From a virus: DNA of 35,836 nt. The position numbers were made by a program, and so were the translations under genes. Under the pieces are notes generated by a model. The model made no database searches. It had not been told where the DNA came from and saw only the letters and a list, made by a program, of their open reading frames with translations. Shown one piece after another: positions 14,167 to 23,838 of this stretch (position 1 is the first letter of the stretch; the number at the start of each line of letters is the position of its first letter). Location: the IMG/VR virus record IMGVR_UViG_3300009703_000003, positions 1-35,836 of that record; one strand, 5' to 3'.

Positions 14167-14691
14167 TTATGTTATTAATTTATATCCACCAAAAGCTGAT
14201 CTTGAAGCATTTGAAACAACACCAGTTCCAGAAGTTACACCAAAATATCCCCATATTTCTACATAGTCAGATGATCCATTAAAATCTATAATAGATTCTC
14301 CAACTGTAGTTATTGCGTAAGGTGTATAATTATCATAAAAATCATTATAATATGCTTTATGACCAGACCCATTTTTTCTAATTTGAGTTTCGCAATAATG
14401 AAATTGATCTACAGCTTGTTTGTTATAATTTACTAAAAAATATATTAAATATTTTCCAGCAGTTGTTGGAGTAAATCTGTAATTTGTTGAATGATCGTAC
14501 ATTCCTCCGCTATCAAAAGTTTCTGTATTAAAAGTTAATTTTGTATATGTATCATCAGCTAAAGTTTGATTTGCAGATATGTAAGCTTCAAAATATGGAG
14601 TATTAAGTCCTCCAGCACCAGTTACAGTTCCTGTAAATGCAAAGGTATCTGCTAAATTTATTGATTCTGATTGTATTTTATCTATTGCCAT
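14167..14691 (-). CDS. Stand-alone C1q/TNF-like jelly-roll receptor-binding protein candidate, 174 aa
   Basis: ORF track. It shares FTPTTAGKY, IRKNGSG and FGGYKLIT with the C-terminal domain of 14700-15548. Confidence 0.6.
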   Translation of the reverse strand: MAIDKIQSESINLADTFAFTGTVTGAGGLNTPYFEAYISANQTLADDTYTKLTFNTETFDSGGMYDHSTNYRFTPTTAGKYLIYFLVNYNKQAVDQFHYCETQIRKNGSGHKAYYNDFYDNYTPYAITTVGESIIDFNGSSDYVEIWGYFGVTSGTGVVSNASRSAFGGYKLIT

Positions 14692-14699
14692 AATTTCTC

Positions 14700-15548
14700 C
14701 TATTCTATAATTTTGTATGCTGAAAATATTGTAGCCAAATCTGCTCTGACATTTTGTGAGCTTCCAATATTGTGATATATATATGCTTCATAATAATCAG
14801 TAGTATTTGCAATATCAGACCAGCTCATAGTAGCTGTCATTTTTTCTGTTCCTGATCCTCTTCTTCTTGTAGTAGCAGTATCTTCTCCAGAACCATTTTT
14901 AAAAATATATAAATAAAATTCTTTTTGATCTCCAACATCATCTAATGCGACAGTTAAATTAAAATTATATTTTCCAGCTACGCCTGGTGTAAATTTATCT
15001 GATGCAAAAGCACTGTTAGTATCATAAATTTCTGTCCATGTAGTTATTTTTGTTTGAGTTGTATTAGCAATACTTTGTGTGCCATTTTTTTTTACCATAA
15101 AAGCTGGAGTATTAGTTCCACCAACACCAGATACAAAGTTTGCTCTAGTCATTTTTCTTAATGCTCCAGCAGATGTATCATGGATTAATACAGTATCGTC
15201 TGTAGCAATAGAAGTTTCAGCAGTTTGACCAGTAATTATAGATGCTGCCACTTGTGAGCTTCCAACAGATGCGTTTGGTGGATTAACAGTTTGTAATGCT
15301 CTGCCAAGATAAACTGCATACATCACATCACCAGATACTGTTGCACTTGTAAGTGTTAGAGTTGTACCACTAGCTGTGTATGCTTTACCACTTCCCGGTT
15401 GTTGAACTACTCCATTAATAACTAATCTAATTTCATTCTCATTAGTTACTGCATGAGATAAAGTGTAATTTGCAGTAGCAGATACTGAAAATGTTTCTGT
15501 TTCAAAACTTGCGTAACTTTCTGCTGGTCTGTTACCTAAATAAGCCAA
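14700..15548 (-). CDS. Tail fibre paralogue 1: conserved N-terminal anchor plus C1q/TNF-like C-terminal domain, 282 aa
   Basis: ORF track. The N-terminus is MAYLGNRP...NGVVQQP...YTASGTTLTL..VSGDVM...DDTVLIHDTSAGALRKM. The C-terminus has FTPGVAGKY...IFKNGSG...FSAYKIIE. Confidence 0.75.
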   Translation of the reverse strand: MAYLGNRPAESYASFETETFSVSATANYTLSHAVTNENEIRLVINGVVQQPGSGKAYTASGTTLTLTSATVSGDVMYAVYLGRALQTVNPPNASVGSSQVAASIITGQTAETSIATDDTVLIHDTSAGALRKMTRANFVSGVGGTNTPAFMVKKNGTQSIANTTQTKITTWTEIYDTNSAFASDKFTPGVAGKYNFNLTVALDDVGDQKEFYLYIFKNGSGEDTATTRRRGSGTEKMTATMSWSDIANTTDYYEAYIYHNIGSSQNVRADLATIFSAYKIIE

Positions 15549-15558
15549 ATGTATTCTC

Positions 15559-15888
15559 CTATGTACTTATGGAATCAACAACAGATAAAATACAATCTAC
15601 AGAAGTAGATGCTGAAGCTAATGCTTCAACAGAATCACCAGATTGTAAAACTACTTTTGATCCTCCATCAATTAATTCTAATGATCCACCTGCAGGAATT
15701 GGTGCGTCTTTAATTAAATAATAACTTGTGCTTGAATTTTTTACTGTAGCAGTAACTGTTACAGAAGATGTTGCTTTGTTAGCAAATCTCATCCCAATAA
15801 TTGCATCATCACTATTAGCTGCTGCTCTTATTTCAGTAGCTGATGTGCCTATGCTTGTTTTTAAAACTCTCTCAAAATCTTGTGCCAT
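15559..15888 (-). CDS. Small beta-rich virion-module protein, 109 aa
   Basis: ORF track. Located between the fibre genes. Function not recognised. Confidence 0.6.
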   Translation of the reverse strand: MAQDFERVLKTSIGTSATEIRAAANSDDAIIGMRFANKATSSVTVTATVKNSSTSYYLIKDAPIPAGGSLELIDGGSKVVLQSGDSVEALASASTSVDCILSVVDSIST

Positions 15889-15902
15889 ACTTTATTCCTA
15901 TA

Positions 15903-17561
15903 CTATAAGGCAATCGCCATTGCAACAGCAAAACCTGCTGTAGCTCCAGAAGATGCTATTGTTAATGTTTCGTCTCCACCATCATTTCCTTCAGTTAAAG
16001 ATACTCCAGTTCCAGCAACTAATTTGCCATTTAAGAAACCCGGTGTAGTGTCATTTGAACTAACAGAAACTTTTACATCTGTGTCAGCTTGTATAGTAAC
16101 CCATGCTGAACCATTGTAAACTTTTAAAACTGAAGAAGTTGTATTAAAAAATAAATCTCCAGAATCTAATGAACTTGTTGGATCAGATGATCCTATTCTA
16201 TATCTAACTGCAAAAGTATTAACGTCTGTAATATTTGTAGCACAAGTTGCCATGTTAGTAACATTTGAAGATGTACCTAAAGTACCCATAGCTGTAACAT
16301 TTGCAGAAGTACCAAGATGACCCATTGCAGTTACGTTTGCAGAAGTACCTAGTAAATCCATATCAGTAACAACTGCTGATGTACCTAATAATCCCATGTC
16401 AGTAACTACTGCTGAAGTACCAAGTAATCCCATAGCAGTTACATTTGATGAAGTTCCTAATAAACCAATTTCAGTTGCTTTACCTGCTACTGCACCTATG
16501 TCAGTTGCGTCTGCGGCTACTGCATTAATATTAGTTTGTTCAGATGAAGTTGGTTTGATTGCTACCCAAGCAGAACCATCCCAAGCAAACATTTGATCAG
16601 AAGTAGAGTTCCAATATAATGCTCCATCTATTAAAGCATCTCCATCATTGTCTGTTGATGGTGCTGAAGATTTTGCACCTAAATATCTGTCATCAAAACT
16701 GTCGTAAGATGCTGCTGCAGAAGTTGCAGAGGATGCTGCTTCAGTAGCTTTTGTAGAAGCGGTTGATGCAGAAGTTGATGCGTTACTTGCTTGTGTAGAA
16801 GCTGTTGAAGCTGATGATGCTGCGGCAGTTGCTGAATTAGCTGCTGCTGTAGCAGAAGTGGCTGCGGCACTAGCTGAAGTAGTTGCACTCGCTGCGTCTA
16901 CCAATAAAGACCACTTAGCACTATCTGTGTTAGAAGTTAGTGGTTGCGATCCAGAAGATGTGTGAGCAGTTATACAAATAAAAATATTGTTAGTAGAGGT
17001 ATCTTTTACAATATCTCTAACTTGATAAGCAGTAGAAGCACCCCAATTACCTTTAAAAGTTCCTAGTTCTTGAGTAACAGAAAGTTCTCCAGAGGAATCA
17101 AAAGATAAAAGTTTGTTAGCTCTATCTGTTGCACCTACAGTAAACTCTGTAGATGTCATAGTGTTTGTTCGTGATAACTTGATTGATCTATCTGTTGCTT
17201 CAGATACTTGTTGAGCAATCATAGTTGTACGATCCAGACCCTCTTCGTGTGTCTCCGCAGGGAATGGATCATTAGCGATATAGTCTATCGCTTGAGTTTG
17301 CGGGACATTCCTTCTTATAACAACTGTTTCACCAGAAGCAGGAGTGTTACCAGTAGTGAAAGTTATTGAACCTCCACTAGCATCACCCGCACCTGCAACT
17401 GTATAGTGAGTAGTTAAAGTTTTGGTTGTCTCTGTTCCTGTAGATGATCTAATAATTACTACTAAATCGCTGTCCTGCAAAATTTTAAATTGATATGCAA
17501 AATTGGTTGTACTACCATTTCCATTGTGGGAGTTTTTTATAATTGTAGTTGATACTGTCAT
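15903..17561 (-). CDS. Tail fibre, 552 aa, with an Ala/Ser/Thr-rich tract and a 12-residue tandem repeat array
   Basis: ORF track. The N-terminus NGNGSTTNFAYQF...YTV....G.ITF......G..V.I.R..P..Q is typical of podovirus fibre and spike anchors. The internal repeats were read directly. Confidence 0.85.
   Translation of the reverse strand: MTVSTTIIKNSHNGNGSTTNFAYQFKILQDSDLVVIIRSSTGTETTKTLTTHYTVAGAGDASGGSITFTTGNTPASGETVVIRRNVPQTQAIDYIANDPFPAETHEEGLDRTTMIAQQVSEATDRSIKLSRTNTMTSTEFTVGATDRANKLLSFDSSGELSVTQELGTFKGNWGASTAYQVRDIVKDTSTNNIFICITAHTSSGSQPLTSNTDSAKWSLLVDAASATTSASAAATSATAAANSATAAASSASTASTQASNASTSASTASTKATEAASSATSAAASYDSFDDRYLGAKSSAPSTDNDGDALIDGALYWNSTSDQMFAWDGSAWVAIKPTSSEQTNINAVAADATDIGAVAGKATEIGLLGTSSNVTAMGLLGTSAVVTDMGLLGTSAVVTDMDLLGTSANVTAMGHLGTSANVTAMGTLGTSSNVTNMATCATNITDVNTFAVRYRIGSSDPTSSLDSGDLFFNTTSSVLKVYNGSAWVTIQADTDVKVSVSSNDTTPGFLNGKLVAGTGVSLTEGNDGGDETLTIASSGATAGFAVAMAIAL
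16248..16463 (-). repeat. Six in-frame tandem copies of a 36-bp (12-aa) unit, consensus xLGTSxxVTxMG, inside the tail fibre gene
   Basis: Protein aa 367-438 reads LLGTSSNVTAMG, LLGTSAVVTDMG, LLGTSAVVTDMD, LLGTSANVTAMG, HLGTSANVTAMG, TLGTSSNVTNMA. Two 10-aa units (AVAADATDIG and AVAGKATEIG, 16464-16523) precede them. Confidence 0.9.
16707..16895 (-). repeat. Ala/Ser/Thr low-complexity, heptad-like tract in the tail fibre (aa 223-285)
   Basis: The sequence AASATTSASAAATSATAAANSATAAASSASTASTQASNASTSASTASTKATEAASSATSAAAS was read from the translation. Confidence 0.85.
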
Positions 17562-17584
17562 TTCAATCCTCTATATTCAATTCT

Positions 17585-20500
17585 CTATTCATTGTCTAGT
17601 TTTATTGTATAAACTTCTTTATTATAGTATTTGTTTATAGCAAGTTTTGCACCATCAATCATTTGTTTTAACATAATATTTGTTAAATACAATTTTTCTT
17701 CTGGAGAAGAATCTTTAGCTTCGTTAATATTTCTTATAATATCCTCTTGCACCTGTAAAGCTCTATATGCTTGTTCTAAAGCCACCCAATTTTCCGGTAA
17801 TTTTTCTTGTTCTTTTTTTGCTTTATCTATTTCACCTTTATTTTGCAATATTCTTGCTGCATTTATTCTTTTTTTAATAGGCTCGTATAATTCTCTAAAA
17901 TCTGTAATAGGTTCAGCATTTCTGTCTGGATTTTTTATAAATATTGCTTTTATAATTGGATATTCAGATAACATTTTTTTTCTATTGTTAGACCTATCTA
18001 CAATACCTGCTGCATCTAATAAAGAATCTGATAATGCTAAAATATATCCACCTATTCCACCGGTCCAACCTCTCCAAGCATTTTCTAAAACTAAAGGAGA
18101 AGAAAAAGCAGAAAAATCATCTCCATTAATTTTTCTTATTAATCCAGCTATTAACTTAGTTGTTTCAGAGGTAAAATCTGTATATTGATATTCAGATGGT
18201 ACATTTTCTAATCCACCGGGAATAATGGGTCTATCAAAGAAAAAACTTCTATTATTTTTAGTTTCAAAATAAGGTTTTATAACATCTGGTATTGGTATTA
18301 ATCCTTTAAATGTTTGAACTGCAACTGCATTTTTAAATTTATCTATAGCTTTTGGATCTTGATCAAAATAATAATCTAAAAATCTTTCTGCACCAGTACC
18401 AAATATTAAACCTATCTCAAATGGTTTTGCTATTGGATAATATGTTCCATTTATTCTTATATTCCAAAATAAATCCTTTCTCCATTGAGGTAATGATTGA
18501 TAATCTGGATCATCATGGTTACGCATCCACAATAATACAGATGGTAAAGTTACATACATAAATGTTTTAGTTAAAGTTTGTATAGGTCTATCTTTGTATG
18601 CTTTTATTGCTTGATTTAAACCTTGTATTCTAGCATTAAAAAAAGCAGATATTTGATTTAATCCCTGTATAGATGCACCCATTCTTCTATAGTCTATTGG
18701 ATTGTCTCTTGTTTCTACAGCAGCTTTTTTAATAGCAACCTCTTCTGACATACCTTTTTTTAAATTTCTTTCTACAGCATATTTGAATACACCTTTTCTA
18801 TTTATGCCTTCAGAAAATTCTGTATAAACTCTAAACCATTCTGGTAAATTTTTAATAACATTTATAGGTCTTGTATTTGTAAAATATTCTTTCATTGATT
18901 GATTAAAATAAGTTCTATCAAATGTTACAAGTGAGTTTTGTAATGCTTCTGATTTAAAATATTTTTCTGCTGTTTTGTCATAACCTAATTTTCTAGCAAT
19001 AGGATTTATAGTCATAGCCAAACCAGTTAATGTTTGAAAAAAAGGAGGGTACCAACCTTTACTTAATATAGCACCAGATGTAGCATCCCTTGATACGTTG
19101 TTATAAACAAATTCACCAGCTCCAGTAGCACCGGCTCTTAATGTTTTTGATGGTAAAGCAAAAAAGTTTGCTATGTGTTGAAAAGTAGTTTTGTCAAACA
19201 TTTTTGTAGGTCTTGCAAAGAACTCACCTACTTCCCAAACTTCTCTTTTACCATTTCTGTATACAACTATTTCTGAATCTTTTAATAATCCAGATTCTTT
19301 TCTAAACACTGAAAAACCATCTGCTACAGATGCTTTTAGGTTTGTAGGATTATCAACAACTGATTCTAATTCTTTAGCTGAAATTTTTGTTTCTTTAGTT
19401 CTTTTAACTGAAAGTTGAACTTCTGGAAAAAAATCTTTATTGACCTTTCTTACTTTTTCAATCATTTCTATAAATGATAAATTAGCTTCATTTCTTTTAG
19501 CAATAGTAATATATGTTGATATATTATTATATATACTTTCAAATGGATCAACTATTTGTCTTTTACTACCTTTAAAAAATTTTAATGGGTTTCTTACATT
19601 TTTAGAAAAATTACCTCTACCAGAACCATCAATAAAATCTCTATAAAAAGGAACAAAATCTTTATTTGCTTTTAGTGCCGCTTCATAAACTTCTTTAGGT
19701 ATAACTCCAGCATCATATAAATATTTTAAAGCTAATTCAGAAGTCTTAACAGCTTCTCTAAATGGTGCTTCAAATTTAGAATTTTCTTTTACAAATTTTT
19801 TAGCTGCCTGTATATTAACACCTGTTTCAAGTTTTTGAGCATTTTTTTCTATTGCTCTTTTAGAAATAGAGTATCTAATAAAATCTTTATATAAATCTAA
19901 ATTATTTATTTTATATTTTACAAATATTTGTTTTAATGCTGGTCCAACAATCTCTCCTGTTTTATAATTTACCGCACCTTTTTCTATAAAACTTTCTATT
20001 GGTCCTTTAACACCATGTAATAATTGAAAGTTCTCATAAGGAGACATTTCTTTTTCATATTTAACACCAAACTTTTCAGCTTGTTTTACAGCTCTTTTAT
20101 AAACATGGTTTTGATCTACAAAATTATAAAATAAATCATCTATAAAACCTTTTATACTAAAGGTTCTTGGTCTTGTATCGTATGCAATACTTTTATCTAG
20201 CTCTGATCTTGTTTGATTAATAACTTTATCTGCTTTATCTTTTGTGGTTATTGATTCTAATACAGTTTCTTTTTCTTTTATAGAAATATCTCTATATGCT
20301 CTCGGTATCTTTATATTAGTAGAGTTTAAATCTTCCCATATAGTTCTGTCTTTTATTAAATTATCTACAATATCTATTGGTTTTTTTCCTGTCTTTGCAG
20401 AAACATTATTTAATTTTTTCTTTGATGCTTTAACATTAAAAGGTGCAAACAATAAAGTTGTAATAGCAAAATCTTCTGCTGTTGGTAAACCATCTCCTAA

Positions 20501-21295
20501 TACAGTTCCTGCTGCAGTATAAGCACTAGATTGAGCTAATGTTTTTGGTATAAAAGAAGTAACTCCTAAAGCAGAAGGTAATTTATAAGCGGCATATAAT
20601 TTTGCAGCAGTTTTAGCTCCTTCACTTAAACCTTCTTCCATAAATATATCCCACCATTCAGCATAGTTTTTTACTTGACCTTTTTCTAGTGCTTCTGTGT
20701 ACATTCCTTGAATAACACCTGCACTTAATCCACCACCTATAACTGCACCACCCGCTCCACCTCTTATTCCGCCAACAGCAGCTCCCGGAATAAATGTAGG
20801 TAGTTCTCCAATCAATCCAGTAAATCCTTCTGTTAGTTTTTCTAAAAATCCTGTACCTTCTGGTTCTGGTAAATCAACTTCAAAACCCCATTCACCATTT
20901 GAATGATATTTTATAATTTTATTAGTACCAGAGTTTCCTAAAGCTCTTTCAATATAAGGTAAAAATTGATACCTTTGATCACTTCCTAATAAAAATTTTT
21001 TTATTCTTTCTGCAGCATTTACTTCTTTAGGTATATCTTCAATGTTTTCCATTTTAGAAAAATCAATATCATCAAATTTTTTAATATCATTTTCTACTTC
21101 TTGAGATATAGATTTCCAATAATTTTTTTCATTTTTTCTATCAAAAGGTACAACACCAAATGCTTCGGAAATTTTTTCTGGTGGTACACCGGCACCCACC
21201 ATATCTAAAACTTTTTCTTGGCTCCACTTATTTATTTCTTTTGTAGAGACACCTGCTGCAGTTAAATCTTTTATCTGCTCTGATATAGTCGTCAT
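17585..21295 (-). CDS. Large internal virion / ejection protein (T7 gp16 position), 1236 aa
   Basis: ORF track. Called from size and position after two other core proteins. Contains a glycine-zipper segment GAAVGGIRGGAGGAVIGGGLSAGVIQG. Confidence 0.7.
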   Translation of the reverse strand: MTTISEQIKDLTAAGVSTKEINKWSQEKVLDMVGAGVPPEKISEAFGVVPFDRKNEKNYWKSISQEVENDIKKFDDIDFSKMENIEDIPKEVNAAERIKKFLLGSDQRYQFLPYIERALGNSGTNKIIKYHSNGEWGFEVDLPEPEGTGFLEKLTEGFTGLIGELPTFIPGAAVGGIRGGAGGAVIGGGLSAGVIQGMYTEALEKGQVKNYAEWWDIFMEEGLSEGAKTAAKLYAAYKLPSALGVTSFIPKTLAQSSAYTAAGTVLGDGLPTAEDFAITTLLFAPFNVKASKKKLNNVSAKTGKKPIDIVDNLIKDRTIWEDLNSTNIKIPRAYRDISIKEKETVLESITTKDKADKVINQTRSELDKSIAYDTRPRTFSIKGFIDDLFYNFVDQNHVYKRAVKQAEKFGVKYEKEMSPYENFQLLHGVKGPIESFIEKGAVNYKTGEIVGPALKQIFVKYKINNLDLYKDFIRYSISKRAIEKNAQKLETGVNIQAAKKFVKENSKFEAPFREAVKTSELALKYLYDAGVIPKEVYEAALKANKDFVPFYRDFIDGSGRGNFSKNVRNPLKFFKGSKRQIVDPFESIYNNISTYITIAKRNEANLSFIEMIEKVRKVNKDFFPEVQLSVKRTKETKISAKELESVVDNPTNLKASVADGFSVFRKESGLLKDSEIVVYRNGKREVWEVGEFFARPTKMFDKTTFQHIANFFALPSKTLRAGATGAGEFVYNNVSRDATSGAILSKGWYPPFFQTLTGLAMTINPIARKLGYDKTAEKYFKSEALQNSLVTFDRTYFNQSMKEYFTNTRPINVIKNLPEWFRVYTEFSEGINRKGVFKYAVERNLKKGMSEEVAIKKAAVETRDNPIDYRRMGASIQGLNQISAFFNARIQGLNQAIKAYKDRPIQTLTKTFMYVTLPSVLLWMRNHDDPDYQSLPQWRKDLFWNIRINGTYYPIAKPFEIGLIFGTGAERFLDYYFDQDPKAIDKFKNAVAVQTFKGLIPIPDVIKPYFETKNNRSFFFDRPIIPGGLENVPSEYQYTDFTSETTKLIAGLIRKINGDDFSAFSSPLVLENAWRGWTGGIGGYILALSDSLLDAAGIVDRSNNRKKMLSEYPIIKAIFIKNPDRNAEPITDFRELYEPIKKRINAARILQNKGEIDKAKKEQEKLPENWVALEQAYRALQVQEDIIRNINEAKDSSPEEKLYLTNIMLKQMIDGAKLAINKYYNKEVYTIKLDNE

Positions 21296-23838
21296 GCTGT
21301 TTCTGTGTTAAATCTAGTTACTATTAATGCTGCAGCAATATTAGCAGCTAACGCATCATCTTTTTCTAATAAACTAACTAAATCTTTATTACTTAAATTT
21401 AATAAACTTTGTCTTGCTGTTTTTCCTTCTTCTGCATATTTTGGAGCAAAAGTAGATTCAAAATTCTTACCAAATATAGGAGCAGATTTTTCTAATAAAT
21501 CTTTAGCAGTTTCAACTTCTATCTGCCAATACGATCTTGCTAAAAACTTTGTTTCTTCTTTTACAGGTTTATCTGTTTTTTGTACTTTAGTTTCATATTG
21601 GCTTTCTATTTGTCCAATTTGACTTAAATATTTTATTAAAGTTTTTTTAGAAAAACCACCATCATTTTCAAAGTTTGTTGCAGCATTTAATATTGCTGAT
21701 AACGCATCATTAGGAACTGTATATTTTTTATTTAATCTATTATTTGCTTTTATAGCACCAATAAAAGTGTCATCTGTTTGATAATTTTTGTTCCAATTAT
21801 TAATTAAATCTTTATTTTCTTTTAAAATAAAATCTAATAAAAAATTTATTTTATTTGCTTTTACATCTGTAAGATTTCTGTCTTTTTCTAATTCTTTTAA
21901 GAATCTTTCTGGTGGATTGCCTTCTTCATCAAATTCGTAAAATTTATTTTTATATGTAATTCCAGCATCTAAACTTGGAAAGTTCTCATTATAGTCTGGA
22001 AAAACCTCTTTTATTTTAGCTTCAACTTCTTCATTAGTAGTTTCTTTTGCAACCTCTTCGGTCATAAGTCTAAATTTTTTTCTTCCGGGAAATTTATACT
22101 CTAAATATTCTCTTGAATTTAGATAAGCATCAACAGAATCATATTTGTTAGGATCATAAGGTGGTATTACTAATTTTTCTTCAGATGATTTAGTAGATGC
22201 TTCTGAAATTATTTTAGTCATAGCATCTTTGTCTGCTTTATAAATATCTATTAAACCTCTTGCTACATAATGTTTGCTTGTTTTGTCTAGCATTTCAGAA
22301 ACATCAATACCTTTTCTTATTCCATCATTAAACCTTAAAATTATTTGAGATTGAAATTCATTTAATCTATTATCTGTTGTAGTATCAATATATTTTAAAG
22401 AACTATCTCCTTCAATAATAGGTTGTAATGTTTCTATAACTTTAAATAATTTTTTATTATTAACCATGAATTGTGGATTATTTGTATTAGGTAATAAATA
22501 ATTTATATAAAAACCAAATTCAGATTTAGATATACCGCTTCCAACTCTATCAGTAATACTTTTAGGTTCTTTTTCACCCGGTAAAATAAATTTAGTTAAA
22601 TGATCTATTATTTCTCCAGATAATATTTTTTTTTGTATTTCAAAATTTTTATAATAATCATTTTTGTTGTTAAATTCTTTAGTTCCAACTTTAGTAGATA
22701 GTTCAACTATTTGAGCTTTTGAATCTATTTCATAAGCATTTTTAGGCTCTCCAAACACTTCATTTATTTTTAATAAATCTATTGTTTCTAAAAAACTTGT
22801 ATCATTAAATAATTTTGAATAATCATTAACAGCTTTTTGTTTGTTTTCATTTAAAACTGCTGTTATTCTATTATTTAATTCTGCTGTATTTGATCTTCTT
22901 TTAGTTTTAGCAAAATCTATAATGGCTGCTTTATCGTTTTTTGATAAAGTTTCCCATTTTCTAATTAATTCTACATTACCACCAAAAGTACCATCAATAA
23001 TTCCTTCATAAGCATCAATTAATTGAGTTGCTGTGCTATCTTCATTTAAGTTTAAAGTCATAGTAAATAATTGTTTATTATTTTCTAATATTTGACCATC
23101 TGCAGCATTAAGTAATTTTTGTTTATCTTCAACTGATAAATAATTAAATTTATCAATATTTTCTTTTAAAAGCTCTGGATTAGAAGTTGCAAGAGCAGCT
23201 CCCAATGTATTTTGTCCAAATTGCAAATATAGTTTTTTTTGTTCTTTTTTAACACCTTCATCTTCTAAAGTAGTATCTTGGTTTATTCTTGTTGAAACAT
23301 TTGTTTCAAAAATTGGTAAATAATCTAAACCATTTAATTTTAATGCTAAAGCATCTTTCATAACAAAATCATCTGTTATTTTTTTAGTATCTTGAAACTG
23401 TGTATTTCTTGAATTTAATAATGCTTTTGTTTTAAATATACCAGCAGTAGCATAAAATTTTTTTTCTAATGCTTTTTTAGTAAAATTATCTAACTCTCCA
23501 ACTTTATTATTTTGTGCATAACTCCATAATTTATTAACACCATCATCAAAAAAATTAGACGCATCTGTAGGATTGCCATTTGCTCCCGTTTCACTTTGTA
23601 AAGTATATAATCCTTTTGTACCATCATTTTGATTGATATATAAATCTGACAATATTAATGTTGCCTTATTATCTGCTTCTAATTTTTTTTCTTTTACATA
23701 TTCTTTAGTTAAAGTTGATTGTAAAGCCTGTGTAGCAGTAAAAATATTATTTGCTGGAGACATTTGAATATTTGATGTAACAGATCCAGTTTGAGTGGTC
23801 ATTTCTTCATTAGATATAAATGTAGGTATTTTAGCCAT
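21292..23838 (-). CDS. Internal virion protein (gp15 position) with a C-terminal lytic-transglycosylase-like domain, 848 aa
   Basis: ORF track. The C-terminus IGQIESQYE...ARSYWQIEVETAKDL...ANIAAALIV resembles the SLT motifs ES...GLMQI..TA...AAAYL. Confidence 0.65.
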   Translation of the reverse strand: MAKIPTFISNEEMTTQTGSVTSNIQMSPANNIFTATQALQSTLTKEYVKEKKLEADNKATLILSDLYINQNDGTKGLYTLQSETGANGNPTDASNFFDDGVNKLWSYAQNNKVGELDNFTKKALEKKFYATAGIFKTKALLNSRNTQFQDTKKITDDFVMKDALALKLNGLDYLPIFETNVSTRINQDTTLEDEGVKKEQKKLYLQFGQNTLGAALATSNPELLKENIDKFNYLSVEDKQKLLNAADGQILENNKQLFTMTLNLNEDSTATQLIDAYEGIIDGTFGGNVELIRKWETLSKNDKAAIIDFAKTKRRSNTAELNNRITAVLNENKQKAVNDYSKLFNDTSFLETIDLLKINEVFGEPKNAYEIDSKAQIVELSTKVGTKEFNNKNDYYKNFEIQKKILSGEIIDHLTKFILPGEKEPKSITDRVGSGISKSEFGFYINYLLPNTNNPQFMVNNKKLFKVIETLQPIIEGDSSLKYIDTTTDNRLNEFQSQIILRFNDGIRKGIDVSEMLDKTSKHYVARGLIDIYKADKDAMTKIISEASTKSSEEKLVIPPYDPNKYDSVDAYLNSREYLEYKFPGRKKFRLMTEEVAKETTNEEVEAKIKEVFPDYNENFPSLDAGITYKNKFYEFDEEGNPPERFLKELEKDRNLTDVKANKINFLLDFILKENKDLINNWNKNYQTDDTFIGAIKANNRLNKKYTVPNDALSAILNAATNFENDGGFSKKTLIKYLSQIGQIESQYETKVQKTDKPVKEETKFLARSYWQIEVETAKDLLEKSAPIFGKNFESTFAPKYAEEGKTARQSLLNLSNKDLVSLLEKDDALAANIAAALIVTRFNTETA

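Noticed and set aside
16248-16523. 36-bp tandem repeats considered as a CRISPR-like array
   Set aside because: The units are contiguous with no spacers and are in frame inside the tail-fibre CDS, where they encode a 12-residue protein repeat.
16679-16888. 69-aa Gln/Leu-rich ORF on the minus strand
   Set aside because: It is an alternative reading frame of the Ala/Ser/Thr repeat of the tail fibre, produced by the repeat itself.
11810-17561. Diversity-generating retroelement acting on the paralogous fibre tips
   Set aside because: There is no reverse transcriptase ORF anywhere in the genome, and no template/variable repeat pair with adenine-specific differences was seen. The paralogues are diverged throughout at the DNA level.
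17631-21622. Plus-strand ORFs antisense to the core-protein genes (17631-18188, 18352-18561, 19191-19418, 19440-19646, 20244-20522, 21305-21622)
   Set aside because: They lie wholly inside long, well-supported minus-strand genes. They have hydrophobic low-complexity translations typical of antisense readings of AT-rich coding DNA, and they lack SD motifs.
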